Of a DNA stretch of 64,000 nucleotides, positions 1 to 13,521 are shown one piece after another. How positions within the stretch are numbered: the stretch's first letter is position 1; each line of letters starts with the position of its first letter. Made by a program: the position numbers and the translations under genes. Below the pieces are notes generated by a model that was not told the DNA's origin, did no database searches, and worked only from the letters and a program-made list of their open reading frames with translations. Source of the DNA: Podarcis melisellensis (lineage: Eukaryota); assembly GCA_964234715.1 (NCBI GenBank), contig OZ174281.1. The stretch is one strand, 5' to 3'.

Positions 1-1548
1 GATAGTGCCAGTCTCAGAATTAATGGAGAGGAAGGATGAGAGGGGCAGCCCCTCAGTGATGCTGCTGCGAATGGAGTAGGTGATTTGAGCATTCTGATCC
101 ACATCTGGGTCAGAGGCTTTGACCCTGAAAATGGAGGAGCCTGAAGGATTGTTCTCTGGGACATAGGCAGTATAATAGGGTTTCTCAAAGGCAGGGCGGT
201 TGTCATTGATGTCAGAGATCTGCAGTGTGATGGCTTTGTATGTGGAAAGAGGGGGGTTGCCTTTGTCTGTGGCTGTGACTGTGATATTGTACTCTGGAGT
301 TCTTTCTCTGTCCAAGGGGGCATCTGTGAGAAGCTTATAATAATTATTGGAGGCTGATACCATCTTGAATGGCAAATTGTGTTGTAAATCACAAGCAATC
401 TTCCCATTATCTCCAGAGTCTCTATCATTTACATTGATAAGGGCTACCAGGGTTCCTACTGCAGAGTCTTCAAGGATGGGGCTGGATAAAGAGGCAAGAA
501 TCACTTCTGGGGCATTGTCATTCTCATCTAGAAGTATTATTTCAACTTTACAGTGAGCCACTAATCCACCTCCATCTCTTGCTTCCACTGCCATCACATA
601 TCCTTCTGTTTCCTCAAAGTCCAGAACCTCCTTAACTATAATTGTTCCATCTTGTGAACCCAAGTGGAACTTTTGACGAGCACTTTCAGGGATGTTACTA
701 AAACTATAGTTTATCTGGGCATTTGAACCATCATCTCTATCTGTGGCTTTCACCTGGACCACCAATGACCCTTTGGGGGCATTTTCTTTCAGCTTGACCG
801 CGTATATTTTTTGAGTGAAGACTGGTGGGTTGTCATTTGCATCAATGACGGTGATCCATATTTTGGCTGTTCCAGATTTGGCAGGCTTCCCTCCATCCAG
901 TGCCGTAAGGATTAATTGGAAACTGCTTTCACTTTCCCGATCCAACTGTTTATTCAACACTAATTCTGCATATTTCTTTCCGCCTTCTATTTCTCTCACT
1001 TCCAGAATAAAGTATGGATTTGTGCTAAGGTTGTAATCCTGGAGAGAATTCACCCCAAGATCAGGATCTTCAGCTTGTCCAAGGAGAAATGTGGTGCCTT
1101 GTAAAGACAATTCACTTGTCTCCAGCTTGATATCCCCATTTACAAAAAGTGGTGCATTATCATTAATGTCTTGGATCTCTACAGTTATATGAAAAATATT
1201 CATAGGACTTCCAACCACCACTTCAAAATTGATGGAGCAGATTGCAGTTTGACCACATAATTCCTCTCTATCAATCCTTTCCCTTACATACAGATTTCCA
1301 TTTTCTGCACTGAGAGTAAAGTATTGCTTTTTACCTAGGGAAAGGATATGCAGATTGTAATTTCCTATTTCTCCATTATTCAGGCTCAGGTCTTTAGCTA
1401 GGTTTCCCACAATGGAGCCCTTTTCCATTTCCTCAGGGATGGAATAATGAATGTGCTCTGAGCCAATCTGACCACACAGAGAGAATAATAAGAGGAGAGG
1501 TACTTGCCTTCTTAGGGATCTGCTGCTATCTTTCTGTCTGCCGGCCAT
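1..1548 (-). CDS. PCDHGB: Protocadherin gammaB-like variable exon A1 (5' part: signal peptide to EC5; continues past the left window edge)
   Basis: Absent from the ORF track. Hand translation from ATG 1548 gives 516 open codons (MAGRQKDSSRSLRRQVPLLLLF...DINDNAP...LDRE...SINSETGTI). Paralogue of 23309-25711 at offset 24163. Symbol is family-level only. Confidence 0.93.
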   Translation of the reverse strand, partial: MAGRQKDSSRSLRRQVPLLLLFSLCGQIGSEHIHYSIPEEMEKGSIVGNLAKDLSLNNGEIGNYNLHILSLGKKQYFTLSAENGNLYVRERIDREELCGQTAICSINFEVVVGSPMNIFHITVEIQDINDNAPLFVNGDIKLETSELSLQGTTFLLGQAEDPDLGVNSLQDYNLSTNPYFILEVREIEGGKKYAELVLNKQLDRESESSFQLILTALDGGKPAKSGTAKIWITVIDANDNPPVFTQKIYAVKLKENAPKGSLVVQVKATDRDDGSNAQINYSFSNIPESARQKFHLGSQDGTIIVKEVLDFEETEGYVMAVEARDGGGLVAHCKVEIILLDENDNAPEVILASLSSPILEDSAVGTLVALINVNDRDSGDNGKIACDLQHNLPFKMVSASNNYYKLLTDAPLDRERTPEYNITVTATDKGNPPLSTYKAITLQISDINDNRPAFEKPYYTAYVPENNPSGSSIFRVKASDPDVDQNAQITYSIRSSITEGLPLSSFLSINSETGTI

Positions 1549-1802
1549 CCCTCTTGCAGAGAAATGTGTTTTATCCTTTCTTTCTGTGATTAGTTAAATT
1601 GAGGCGTATTAAATCCCATTCACTCTGTAGAAGTGTTCAATAAAGAATCATGAACGAAGTCAGTAGCTGCTGCTGGATTTCTATACTTTGCAGTGGCTTT
1701 GTTCCTGTGTTCTGCTGTTTCCCAGCTCTGTAGTTTGTTCATGAGCAATCAAATTGCAAAAGCATCTGGTAGTGGATTCTCCACTCCTCCATGAGAACTA
1801 TA

Positions 1803-1846
1803 TTGGCCAACAGTGACACTCTGAGTCTTAGATGGGGAACTGCAAG
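1803..1846 (-). promoter_or_regulatory. CSE (CTCF-type promoter element) of A1, CACT variant
   Basis: Minus strand TGCAGTTCCCCATCTAAGACTCAGAGTGTCACTGTTGGCCAA. The same motif recurs at similar distance before all 11 ATGs. Confidence 0.8.
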
Positions 1847-3607
1847 ACGTCTCTTCTCTTTTAAGTAAATAACATACAAGGGATTTCTTGCCATTTTCAA
1901 TCTTACGTACAATAATTCTCAGGTAGAGAATCTTTTGTGGTATGGTAAAAAAATTAGAGTTTGGTCCCTGTGTTTTACATTAGGATAAGCAACAACTCAC
2001 TTTCGTAGCAGCACATTTGGCATTGCTCATGGGGGTGCACTTCAGAGAAACTGAACTGACTGATTAGTGTCCCTGTCTGATAGTACAGTTCTGCAATCAT
2101 ATTTTTCTGACAGTTAGAAACTGTTCATCCATATAGGTACGTGTCAACATATTTAATCACAGGAAGTGGTTCTCAGACCTAATGAATTCTGAGTTTAAAA
2201 GTTATTTTCCCAAAATGTGCAATAAGGCCTTTGGAATCTTTGTGTCACACAAAATTTCCCCTCTAAAGTAACACAGTTCTACTTTCTATTGTACCAACTG
2301 TCTTGCGGGCAATCGTCTCCTCACCTACTTGCCAGTTGATGCACTTAATCAGTTATGTATGTAGCTGTGTTAGTTGACAGTGATTTGGGATACCTGGATA
2401 AATTCCTAATGTTTGGCAAGTTCTTTTTCTTCTCTTAAGGCATTACTTGACTTATGCAACTCAGTCATACAATGAGAACAGCACTAAAAGTACAATGCTT
2501 ACTCAAGATCATGCTACAGTTTTTCTTGGGAACTTGAGTCCTCTCTCCCCACCCCTCAGGCTTTCCGTAGGCTTCCCTCCCTTCCCAGATCACACCCCTC
2601 AACCCCTCACTGGCCTTTTTCATTGCCCTCTTCAGGAGCCTTACTGGCTGCAATGTGTCCTTGAACTAGGATATTGCTGCTTGCCTGGCTGGAGGAGTCA
2701 AAGATCTATAGAAGTGGAGATATTAAAACCTCTGAATTTTGCATGGTTGAAATGTGGTCTATTGTACAAAGGTAAGAGTCACATCAATAAAATATCACGG
2801 TTAGAATGCTAAATAGTGGAATGCTAGATTACGTTGTGGAATACTAAAGCAGCACTTGACAAGGCATCATCTAGCACTGCTATGGCTACCTACATGTCTC
2901 ATAAAATCACTTACTATACTCTTCCCATGATGTAGAGAGAAGGAAAATGTAGTCTAGAAGATTTGGCTCCAATGTGAACACATTATTATGAGTAGAAGAG
3001 GAAAGCATGCAATATATGTTTTAATCCCTTGCATTGTAAATTGGTACACTCAGAGGAGGACTAGAAGATCCGTGTTTATTTTCTGAACTTCCAGATCAGT
3101 ATTGTATTCTTTTGATGAAATTCTGAACAATATGGTGACAGAGTTCAAGTGTGTGTGTCTTCTTCAGAAGTAGAACCTTTACAGTGCGTGCGCATATTGC
3201 TTCGTTCAGTGAATGGGACCTTCATTTAAAAGCTTTCTCAGGATAGAGAGCTGAGCAATATAATACAGCTACTTCTACACTGGAAGAAAGATTAAACACA
3301 AAAGTAACTATTATGGAACAGCTCCTAGTCTTCACCAAAATCACAGGTGTTTGGGACGATAAATGTGCATGCTTGTGTGTGCAGGTGCACACACAAGTGC
3401 CATCCTCAACATTTCTGTGTGTGCACATTCATTTCAGACCTCCTGCATTTGGCACACCTCCTTGGCTGAATTCAGCCCCAAACTATTAGCCTCAGTAACT
3501 TGACATCTACACAAAACATAGCTATGACATAAAATTCAGACAAATCCACAGTCTCTTCATTTGCTAACAGAACTTCTGTAGATAGAATAAATTAGAAGCA
3601 CATGATT

Positions 3608-4640
3608 AACATAAAAATATAAAAAGAGCATGTTGGATCAGGCCAGTGTCCTATTTAGCTCAGAATATTATTTTCCTTGCAGTCAACTGGTTGCCTACAG
3701 GAAGCCCAAAAGTGGGGCCTGAGTGCAACAGCACTCTCCTCACTTCTGATTCCCCACAACTGGTATTCAGAGACATACTATCTCTAACTATGGAGATAGA
3801 ACCTAGACACCATTGCTAGCAGGCCATGAAATAATGTTGTACATGAATGTGTCCATTTCTCTTTTAAAACCAGGTTAGTGGGCATCACTACCTCTCATGG
3901 GAACAAACTCCACAGTTTAACTCAGTGCTGTGTGAAGAAGTATTTTCTGCTGTCTGTCCTGAATCTTCCAACATTCAGTTTCATTGGATGTGTCTTAGTT
4001 TTAGTGTTATGTGGGGAAGGGGACACTTATCCATCCACACTTTCCATACAACGCATAATTATATACACCAATACCGTGTCTTCACTTACTTGCCTTTTCT
4101 GTAAGCTGTATCTAAGTAAACTAAAAGGGTGAATGGCTCCATCCCCTTGCCAATTTGGGTTCATATTTTCCAGCTCCACCTTACCTGTTTTTAGGTAAGT
4201 TGACCAGAACTATACACAGTATTCCAAAATTTATTTTCTTTTTTTCCACAGCTGTCTCATGCTATGTCAACATCTTCATCAAACTGTTCGCTATGACCCC
4301 AAGGTCTCATTCCTGTTTAGTCCCCATAAGCATATAACTGAAACAACAGTTCTTTTAGCCCACTTTACACTTGTTCACATTAAATTGCATTTGCCATTTT
4401 ACTGCCCATTCACTCGGTATGGTTTGGAGAGATCCTTTGCGAGCTCTTTGCAACCCCTTCTTGTTTTAACCACTCTGAACTATTTGGGATTAGCAAACTT
4501 GGCTACATCATGGCTCGCTCCTAATTTTAGATCATTTATGAACAAGTTTAAAAGCTCAATACTGATTCTTGGAGGATCATGCCTTCTACATCTTTCCATA
4601 AGGAGAATCGTCACTTTATTCCTACTCTCCACTTACCAAT
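3608..4640 (-). mobile_element. Degraded CR1-type LINE 3' fragment (duplicate at ~27771-28800)
   Basis: Begins with a reversed squamate CR1-like tail (aacataaaaatataaaaagagcatgttggatcaggccagtg) followed by decayed RT-region sequence. Recognised from memory; boundaries approximate. Confidence 0.6.
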
Positions 4641-4745
4641 CTCCTCTTATTCCATAACTGCTAAAAATAGAATAAAAAATTCTGCAGAAATGTGGGGAAG
4701 GGTTTCAAAGGTGCAATACAAAGAATTCCTAACCATAAAGCTTAC

Positions 4746-7166
4746 CTCTTCATCCTTAGCCTTTTCAGACTGAAAATTGTTTCCACTGTTGCCTGTAAAA
4801 GGCACATCAGGTTTCTCACTGCCAAGAATATTGTCTACCATCTGAACATTGGGTGTCAGGAAGGCAAACTCATTCTTCCTGGTCTCAGAAGACAGACAGA
4901 GCTGGTAGGAATAGGGCAAAGTCCCATCTTCAAAGTTGGGTGGGAAGATGGCACCATTCTTGGAATGGGGAACAGGACCAAAGCACTGTAGGAACCTGGG
5001 ATGCCCTGACTGACGGAGCTTCATTGTAACGGCCAGAATCACAGTCAAGAGGAACAAGAAGGAGATCACAGCTAAGGCCAGCACCAAGTAGAACTGCAGG
5101 TCAGACTGATACTCCGAGCTGTTGGCTTGGCTCTTCATTTCCGGAAGGGCCTCCTGAAAGTTCTCAGCAAACACCAGGTTCAGAGTCATGGTGGCCGAGA
5201 GAGACGGCTGCCCGTTATCCTTCACCATAATGACCAGTCTCTGTTTCACAGCGTCTCTCTCCACAAAGGCCCTGGCGGTCCTGATCTCTCCAGTATGAGA
5301 ACCAACCGTGAAGAGTGCCGGCTCAGTGGCCTGAGTCAGGTGGTAGGAGAGCCAGGCGTTGTGTCCAGAATCTGCATCCACGGCCACCACCTTGGTGACA
5401 AGATAATCTGCCTCGGCCGAACGAGGCACCATCTCAAACAAGGCTGAGCCCTTGGCTTCTTGTGAGGGGGACAGGATACGAGGGCTGTTATCATTCCTGT
5501 CAAACACAAACACCCTGACGGTCACATTGCTGCTGAGAGGGGGAGAACCCCCATCTTGGGCCTTCACTTGCACCCGAAACTCTCTGAATTGTTCATAGTC
5601 AAAGGATCTCTGGGCATAGATGGTGCCGGTCTCTGAATTAATGGAGATATAGGAGGAGATGGGAAGCTCCTCGATGTTGCTGTTGAGTATGGAGTATGTG
5701 ATCCGTGAGTTCTGGTCCATGTCGGAATCAGAGGCTTTGATGGTGAAAATGGAGGCACCTGAAGGATTGTTTTCTGGCACGTAGATGTTGTAGGATGGCT
5801 TCTGAAATGTAGGGGCATTATCATTGATATCTGAGATCTGTAGAGAGATTGTTTTGTGTGTGGAAAGAGGTGGAGTTCCTCTGTCAGTGGCTGTGATTGT
5901 AATATTGTATGCAGGAGCTATTTCTCTGTCCAAAGGACTGTCTGTCTGGAGCTTGAAGTAATTGTTTGATGAGGGAAGAACTTTGAAAGGTAAATCATCT
6001 TGTAAGTAGCAAGTAACTTTTCCATTATCTCCACTATCTTTGTCATTTACATTGATCAGAGCAATGACAGTTCCTGGCAGAGAATCCTCAGGAACAGGGC
6101 TGGACATGGAGGCTAACGTCACTTCTGGGGCATTATCATTCCCATCAAGAACATTTATTTCAATGTTGCAGTGTGTCACTAATCCACCTCCATCCTTTGC
6201 TGCTGCTGTCATAGTATATCTTCTTGTTTCCTCAAAATCCAACATCTGCAGAAGAGAGATTATGCCATCAACTGGATCCAGGCCAAATTTCTTTTGTCCA
6301 TTCACGGGAATGTTGCTGAATTCATATCTGATCTGGGCGTTTAAACCATCATCTTTGTCAGAGGCTACAACTTGGAGCACAAAGGACCCAACAGGAGCTT
6401 CTTCATGCACACTGACCTTGTACACCTCTTGAGTGAAAACAGGTGGGTTGTCATTGGCATCTGTGACATTAATCCATATCTGGGCAGTCCCAGTTTTTCT
6501 GGGTTCACCCCCATCCAAGGCTGTAAGGATCAAGTGAAAAGAGTACTCGCTTTCCCGATCCAAAGATTTCTGCAGCACCAATTCTGCATTTTTATTTCCA
6601 TCTTCCATTTCTCTAACTTCCAAAGTGAAGTACTGATTGGAGCTTAACTGGTAATTCTGGAGGGAATTCATTCCAATGTCAGGATCTTCAGCTTTCCCAA
6701 GGAGAAAGCGGGCCCCAGGTAAAGTGGATTCAATTATATCCAAGTTGATGTTATCATTGGGAAACAGTGGTGCATTATCATTAATGTCCTGAATTGCTAT
6801 AGTTAAATGGAAGATATTTAGGGGATTTTCAACCACCACTTCAAAATTTACTACGCAAATGGGAGTTATGTCACATAGCTGCTCCCTATCTATTCTGTCA
6901 CTTACATAGAGGTTTCCATTCTCTGCATTAATACTGAAATACTGCATTTTCTTCAAAGAGACAGCATGCAGATTGCGCTTTGCAAGATCTCTTGTATTCA
7001 ATCCCAAATCCTTGGCAATATTCCCCACAATCGAACCCTTTGCCATCTCCTCAGGGATAGAATAACGAATCTGCTCTGAGGCAGCCCAGCAGGAAGGCGA
7101 CAAAAGTAAGAGAAGCAGTACTTGCCTTCTGAGCGCTCTGCCATTGTCTTTGTGCCTTCTGTCCAT
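4746..7166 (-). CDS. PCDHGB: Protocadherin gammaB-like variable exon B1 (807 codons)
   Basis: Six cadherin repeats (PE, LDRE, DxNDNxP), TM, cytoplasmic [11 protein letters not shown]. True ATG at 7166 (track starts at an upstream TTG). Donor GAG|GTAAG at 4746/4745, phase 0; unspliced ORF runs to 4647. Confidence 0.95.
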
Positions 7167-7414
7167 CTGGCTGTACAACAAATTAGCTGCTTCCTTTTGC
7201 AGATCAGATCAAAGGCCCACCAAGGTGCAGGATCACCATAAGGAAAAATAAGCTGCCTTTCTTCTTAATGTTTATAGAAAGTAGCTGAATTTTCTTTTCC
7301 TTTCTAGCAGGATTGCTCTGTCTTTGTGATGTGCTGCTTGTCCAACTTACACAGCAATGATTAAACAGTTGCTCCTTAGGAAACACTTTTCTCTTATCAG
7401 TCTGGCTGCCACAC

Positions 7415-7457
7415 TGGCCAACAGTGACACCCTGAGGCTCAGATGGAGAACTACAAG
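7415..7457 (-). promoter_or_regulatory. CSE of B1, CACT variant
   Basis: TGTAGTTCTCCATCTGAGCCTCAGGGTGTCACTGTTGGCCA, about 255 bp upstream of ATG. Confidence 0.8.
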
Positions 7458-8299
7458 GGCTTTTGTTCTCATTTACTGTAGTTGAAAATAGAACAGCAGT
7501 TTGGGTATTAGATTTTGGAATGTGAAGGAGAAACATCCCAGTGCTAAGAGCTGTTCAGCAATGGAGCTGCTTTGCTGCAGTTATTCAAGCAGAGCCTGGA
7601 CAGTCATATATTGGGGATTCTCTCTTTCCTGCAGGGCTTGGCACTGGGGTGGGAATCTCCTCTGATATGATTCTGTGTTTCTCCAAGTGCGATTTTCCTG
7701 GTATACAAGGATCTGCTTCCACAATTTATGCTCCAGCATTTCTTTTTTCCTTTCTCTTTTTGAATTACCTCTTCAGCGGCTTTTACTTTAAGGGGTTTTA
7801 CTACAGTGACTGTTGCACTGTTTTGTCTGGAAATAATTTGTACTAAAAGAGAAACTTGAATAAGCTTCATAGAATGGAAACCAGAACTACGGCACTGATA
7901 TCCCAGCATTGATGTACCACTGATCTTATTTTGCATTTCCCTGATAGAAACACTGATATCTGTGATTTCTGCTTTGATGCCAAAGATATAATCTCAAAAT
8001 GTAACAGATAATTTTACCCAACCACAGATCTCTTGCTTTTTTCAGTTTTATTAGAAGGGATATTTCCCCCAAATAATTCAGAATAAACCTATGAGTTGAC
8101 AGTGATCTCAGCTGTCCTATAGAACACAAACATAAACCAAAGTGTGTCAAACGAAAACAAAACAAACACAGATAGGGTTTTTTAGTGTTTGATTAGAAAC
8201 CAGAGCTTTTGCTCTCCTATTCTTGTTAGTTTCTTCCTTCCTCCTAAAAAACAACATTGGCTTTGAGAAAGAAAAGGTGTTAGCAGGTGACAGGAGGAT

Positions 8300-8980
8300 T
8301 CCTTGACTGTGGAATTCTGGTCACCTGGGCCTCTAGTGACAAATATTGATATAGTAGCACCCCCAGACTATGAACCTGCTCTTTCAGGAGGACCCCAGTT
8401 ATCCAGCCTCAGGGACAGCCACTCAAAGCTCCTCTGTCTTGCCAGGATTCAGAGTTTTGTTGGCCATCATTCAGGTGAACACTAAGCCTAGGCACTAGTC
8501 TAGGGCTTGCACAACCGCTTCTGATTTAGAAGTTACAGAGAAGTAGAGCTTAGCATCATCAGCATGCTGATGACACATTGCCCCAAATTTCTCAATGACT
8601 GTCTCCAGAGGCTTCATATATAGATGTCAAACAGCACTGAAGACAAAATGGTACCCTGTGGCACCCACCAGCTCAACTGCCAGCGGGCTCAAAGACAATC
8701 ACCCAAGGCTGTTTTCAGAAACCAACTCTGTTTAACCATTGTTAAACAGTGTCTCCAGTACCCATCCCATTAAGTCAGTTCAGAAAGATATAAAGGTAAT
8801 TGTGTCAAAAGCCACTGAGAAATCAGGTAAGGTTAACAGGATCATATTTCCTCTGTACTTCCCCTAGTAAAGATCACCCATCAGAGTGACAAAGGTCAAT
8901 TCAGACCCACAACCAAGGCCTGAAAGCAGATTGAAATGGGTCAAGATGATCTGTTTTGTTCAAGAGTACTTGTACTGTAT
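8300..8980 (-). mobile_element. Degraded L2-clade LINE reverse-transcriptase fragment (duplicate at ~32470-33140)
   Basis: Minus strand reads VPQGTILSSVLFDIY/MKPLETVIEKFGAMCHQHADDAKLY, matching the non-LTR RT PQG...YADD motifs, with a frameshift. Confidence 0.75.
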
Positions 8981-9658
8981 CGTCACTTCTGACATTGTGG
9001 CTCCTTGTGATATTCAAGTCAACTAGCATTTACAATGTTATCCTAAAGCAAATCTTTGAAAGATAGGTATGTATCCCTCAGTCAGCATTCCTCCTCCCCT
9101 TTCCCTACTCCATCCCAACACCAAAGCACATTAGTCCCCCCCCCACCTATATTTTATGGATAAGAACAAATCAGTGTGCCTTCTTGACATCATTTCCAGG
9201 ATTTAATGATCCCCCGTAGCATTATTTCATGGGCAATATTAGATTCACTTACTGTGCGCTACAAAGGTTTCCCCTTCTCAAACACTAGATACCATGGGTG
9301 GTATCCAGTGCTCTAGACCCAAGTAGAGCTAAATAGTATCTACATTATTCAATTCCACATATTATACAAAATCTATATGCTACACCATGTTAAACAGAGA
9401 ATTATGTAGATCCTATGGGAAGCAAATTTGCTATAAAGGACATATCAAAATTGCACCTATTGCACAACTATTTCGGAAGAAATAATACTGAACTAATCCC
9501 AGGATTTGTACCCCAAAATGAGTAAATAGTGGGGATAATTCTTGATTCATCAAAGATAGATCTATCAGTCCCGACATTCTTTGGTTTTTGTCTTTATCTG
9601 TGATTGAGTCCCCTGAACTTCAAAAAGCATGTCACATTTATACCAGCTGTAGAAATTA

Positions 9659-9899
9659 CAGTGGTACCTCAGGTTACAGATGCTTCAGGTTACATACACT
9701 TCAGGTTACAGACTCTGCTAACCCAGAAATATTACTTCGGGTTAAGAACCTTGCTTCAGGATGAGAACAGAAATCTTGCAGCGGCGGCACACGGCAGCAG
9801 GATGCCCTATTAGCTAAAGTGGTGCTTCAGGTTAAGAACAGTTTCAGGTTAGGAACAGACCTCCGGAACGAATTATGTTCTCAACCTGAGGTACCACTG
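9659..9899. mobile_element. Tc1/mariner(pogo)-type MITE
   Basis: Perfect 17-bp TIRs CAGTGGTACCTCAGGTT / AACCTGAGGTACCACTG flanked by TA duplications; internal repeats of TTCAGGTTA. Confidence 0.88.
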
Positions 9900-10262
9900 T
9901 ACGGCACAAAAGAAGACATTAGTTGGAAAAGGGAATAATTACACTTATTTGACTGACTGGATTTTAATTTATAGTCCAATGCTCTAGATTATTAATCTTG
10001 TATGATTAATTTTGTTGTACTGGTATGTCTTATGTTTAAGATTATTTAAATTTCCTTATTGTTTTGTACCATTTCCTATGTCAACTTGGGCTATGTGGAT
10101 TTTATATGGAAGTGGTAATTCACTTTGCCTTTCCTTATATTAAAAGTTTCCTTTCATTACTCTCAATACATTGCCATGGTCTGTGACTATAACAATGCAT
10201 TCATTCATGACAGGCCAAGGAGTGAGCTTAGGACTAGTGATGTTCCAGTTCAAAAAGCAGAA

Positions 10263-10435
10263 AGGTCATAGCTCAGTGGTAGAGAATCTGCTTTTCCTTC
10301 AAAAGGTTCAAAGTTCAATCCTCAGAATCTTGAGGTAGGAAAGCGAAGGTCTTCTGTTTGAAGACCTGGAGAGCTGTTGCTAGTTAGTGTGGACAGTACT
10401 GAGCTTGATGGACCAAGAGTGTCAGTAATCTCGAG
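10263..10435 (+). mobile_element. Old tRNA-derived SINE, Squam3-like (duplicate at ~34437-34610)
   Basis: A-box TAGCTCAGTGG, B-box GTTCAATCC, then body CCTGGAGAGCTGTTGCTAGTTAGTGTGGACAGTACTGAGC. Confidence 0.7.
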
Positions 10436-11106
10436 GGAACCTCCAGTTTTACAGAAGTACAAAAAAACAAAAGAAGGCAAAACCCAAACTGACCAAAGAC
10501 AGCAAAGCATGCTCAGTAGAAACACAATGCTCAGTGCCTGTTGGAGCAGAAAAATATAAAACAGGGGAGGAGGAGGAATGGGATATTATGGAAAAAGCTC
10601 GCTGAAACCAGACCCCACTTGTTACTCTGTAACATTAAAAGCACAAAAAATATTCAGTAAAGAGCTCCAAAATTTCAGCTAAAGTTCTGAAGCAAGTTTG
10701 CAAACTTACAAATTGCATACACCTCGTCCCTTACATATGCCAAGAGACCCCACAATTTGCAGCATTGTGTTGGTTCTATAGGGACATTCAGCTGAATTCA
10801 TGAAGATCAAGATTAGGAAAAGAGGGTAAAGGGAATACAAATATCCAAAAGGGAATCAGAGGGAATGAAATAATTAATTAAACTATATTACCTGTATATA
10901 TACGAAGATGAAAGAGTAAACAGATTATTATAATATACTTTCAAATATTCAATCTCAGTAAAAAAAATTGCACCAATTGTGTAGTAGCAAATACTGCTCA
11001 AAAGAAAACTCTCTGAGATGAGTGAGCTTAAAATATATTAGTACTCTATTGATATGCAGGGAATGCAGAATCTGTTCACCATGTTCTGTTGAAAAAAACA
11101 ACTCAC

Positions 11107-13521
11107 CATATCAGCTCTATCCATCTCAAAAATTAGGATATTGCCTCCATTGGCAGTCAAAGGTGTATCAGTGTTGCTTGAAATATTCTCTGCGGTTTGA
11201 ACATTGGGTGTTGGAAAGGTGAACTCCTGTACCCTGGACTCAGAAGATAAGCACAGCTGATAGGAATACGGCAATGTTCCTTCTTCATAGTTTGGTGGGA
11301 AAATGACTGTGTTGTTTGAATGGGGAACAGGAGCAAAACACTGCAGGAATTTGGGATTCCCTGATCGCCGAATCTTCATGAGAATGGCCAGAATCACTGT
11401 CAGGAGGAATAAGAAGGAGATCAAAGCTAAGGCCAGCACCAAGAAGAACTGTAGATCCGATTGATACTCGGAGTCACTGGGCTGGTGGCTAATTTCTGGA
11501 AGTGCCTCCTGGAAGTTCTCAGCAAACACCAGGTTGAGACTCACGGTAGCAGATAGTGGTGGCTGCCCATTATCCTTGACTAAGATGATGAGCTTCTGCT
11601 TCACAGCATCTCTTTCCAGAAAAGCCCGTGAGGTCCTGATCTCCCCAGTATGGGAACCAATTGAGAACAGCCCAGGTTCTGTTGCCTGGAGCAGATAGTA
11701 GGAGAGCCAAGCGTTGTGTCCAGAGTCAGCATCCACAGCCACCACCTTGGTCACCAGATAACCCTCCTCTGCTGAGCGAGGCACCATCTCAAACAAGGAG
11801 GAGCCCTCTACTCCTTGAGAAGGATAAAGAATCTGAGGGCTTTGGTCATTCTGGTCCAGAATACACAGTCTCACGGTGGCATTGCTGCTGAGGCGGGGGG
11901 AGCCTCCATCTTCGGCCCTCACCTCCACTTGAAACTCCCTGACTTGCTCATAGTCAAAGGAGCGCTGAGCATAGATAGTGCCAGTCTCAGAATTAATGGA
12001 GAGGAAGGACGAGAGAGGCAGCCCCTCAGTGATGCTGCTGCGAATGGAGTAGGTGATTTGAGCATTCTGGTCCACATCTGGGTCGGAGGCTTTGACCCTA
12101 AAAATGGAGGAGCCTGAAGGATTGTTCTCTGGGACATAGGCAGTATAATAGGGTTTCTCAAAGGCAGGGCAGTTGTCATTGATGTCAGAGATCTGCAGTG
12201 TGATGGTTTTGTATGTGGAAAGAGGGGGGTTGCCTTTGTCTGTGGCTGTGACTGTGATATTGTACTCTGGAGTTCTTTCTCTGTCCAAGGGGGCGTCTGT
12301 GAGAAGCTTATAATAATTATTGGAGGCTGATACCATTTTGAATGGCAAAGTGTGTTGTATGTCACAAGCAATCTTCCCATTATCTCCAGAGTCTCTATCA
12401 TTTACATTGATAAGGGCTACCAGGGTTCCTACTGCAGAGTCTTCAGGGATGGGGCTGGATAAAGAGGCAAGAATCACTTCTGGAGCATTGTCATTCTCAT
12501 CTAGGAGTGTTATTTCAACATTGCAGTGAGCGGCTAATCCTCCCCCATCTCTTGCTTCCACTGCAATTGCATATTCTTCTATTTCCTCAAAGTCCAGAGC
12601 CTCTTTAAGTGTTATTGTCCCATCTTGTGGATCCAGGTAGAATTTCTGGCGAGCACTTTCAGGGTTGTTACTAAAACTATAGTTTATCTGGGCATTTGAA
12701 CCATCATCTCTATCTGTGGCTTTCACCTGGACCACTGAAGACCCTTTGGGGGTATTTTCTTTCAGCTTGACTGTGTATACTTTTTGCGTGAAGACTGGTG
12801 GGTTGTCATTTGCATCAATGACAGTGATCCATATTTTGGCTGTTCCAGTTTTGGCAGGCTTCCCTCCATCCAGCGCCGTAAGGATTAATTGGAAACTGCC
12901 TTCACTTTCCCGATCCAACTGTTTATTCAATACTAATTCTGCATATTTCTTTCCATCCTTTCTTTCTCTCACTTCCAGAATAAAGTATGGATTTGTGCTA
13001 AGGTTGTAATCCTGGAGAGAATTCACCCCAAGATCAGGATCTTCAGCTTGTCCAAGGAGAAATGTGGTGCCTTTTAAAGACAATTCACTTGTCTCCAGCT
13101 TGATATCCCCGTTTACAAAATGTGGTGCATGATCATTTATGTCTTGGATCTCTACAGTTATATGAAAAATATTCATAGGGCTGTCAAGCACCACTTCAAA
13201 ATTGATGGAGCAGAATGCAGTTTGACCACATAATTCCTCTCTATCAATCCTCTCCCTTACATACAAATTCCCATTTTCTGCACTGAGAGTAAAGTATTGC
13301 TTTTTACCTAGGGAAAGGATATGCATATTGCCATTTCCTATTTCTCTGTTATTCAATCTCAGGTCTTTGGCTAGGTTTCCCACAATGGATCCCTTTTCCA
13401 TTTCTTCAGGGATGGAATAATGAATGTGCTCTGAGGCAATCTGACCACACAGAGAGAATAGTAAGAGGAGAGGTACTTGCCTTCTTACTGATCTGCTGTT
13501 TTTCTTCTGCCTATCTTCCAT
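11107..13521 (-). CDS. PCDHGB: Protocadherin gammaB-like variable exon C1 (805 codons)
   Basis: Six EC repeats, TM, GTLPYSY. Donor ATG|GTGAGT at 11107/11106, phase 0; unspliced ORF to 11038. Confidence 0.95.

Noticed and set aside
2447-2812. 121-aa ORF perfectly conserved at 26610-26975
   Set aside because: Identity is explained by the segmental duplication; TTG start and no recognisable domain.
4692-6647. Recurrent plus-strand and alternate-frame ORFs overlapping each Pcdh exon
   Set aside because: Shadow ORFs repeated only because the exons are paralogous; no independent coding signal.
13128-13142. DINDH instead of DINDN at the EC1-EC2 linker in C1 and A2 as a loss-of-function sign
   Set aside because: DxNDH is a common functional variant in clustered protocadherins; used only as a conversion marker.
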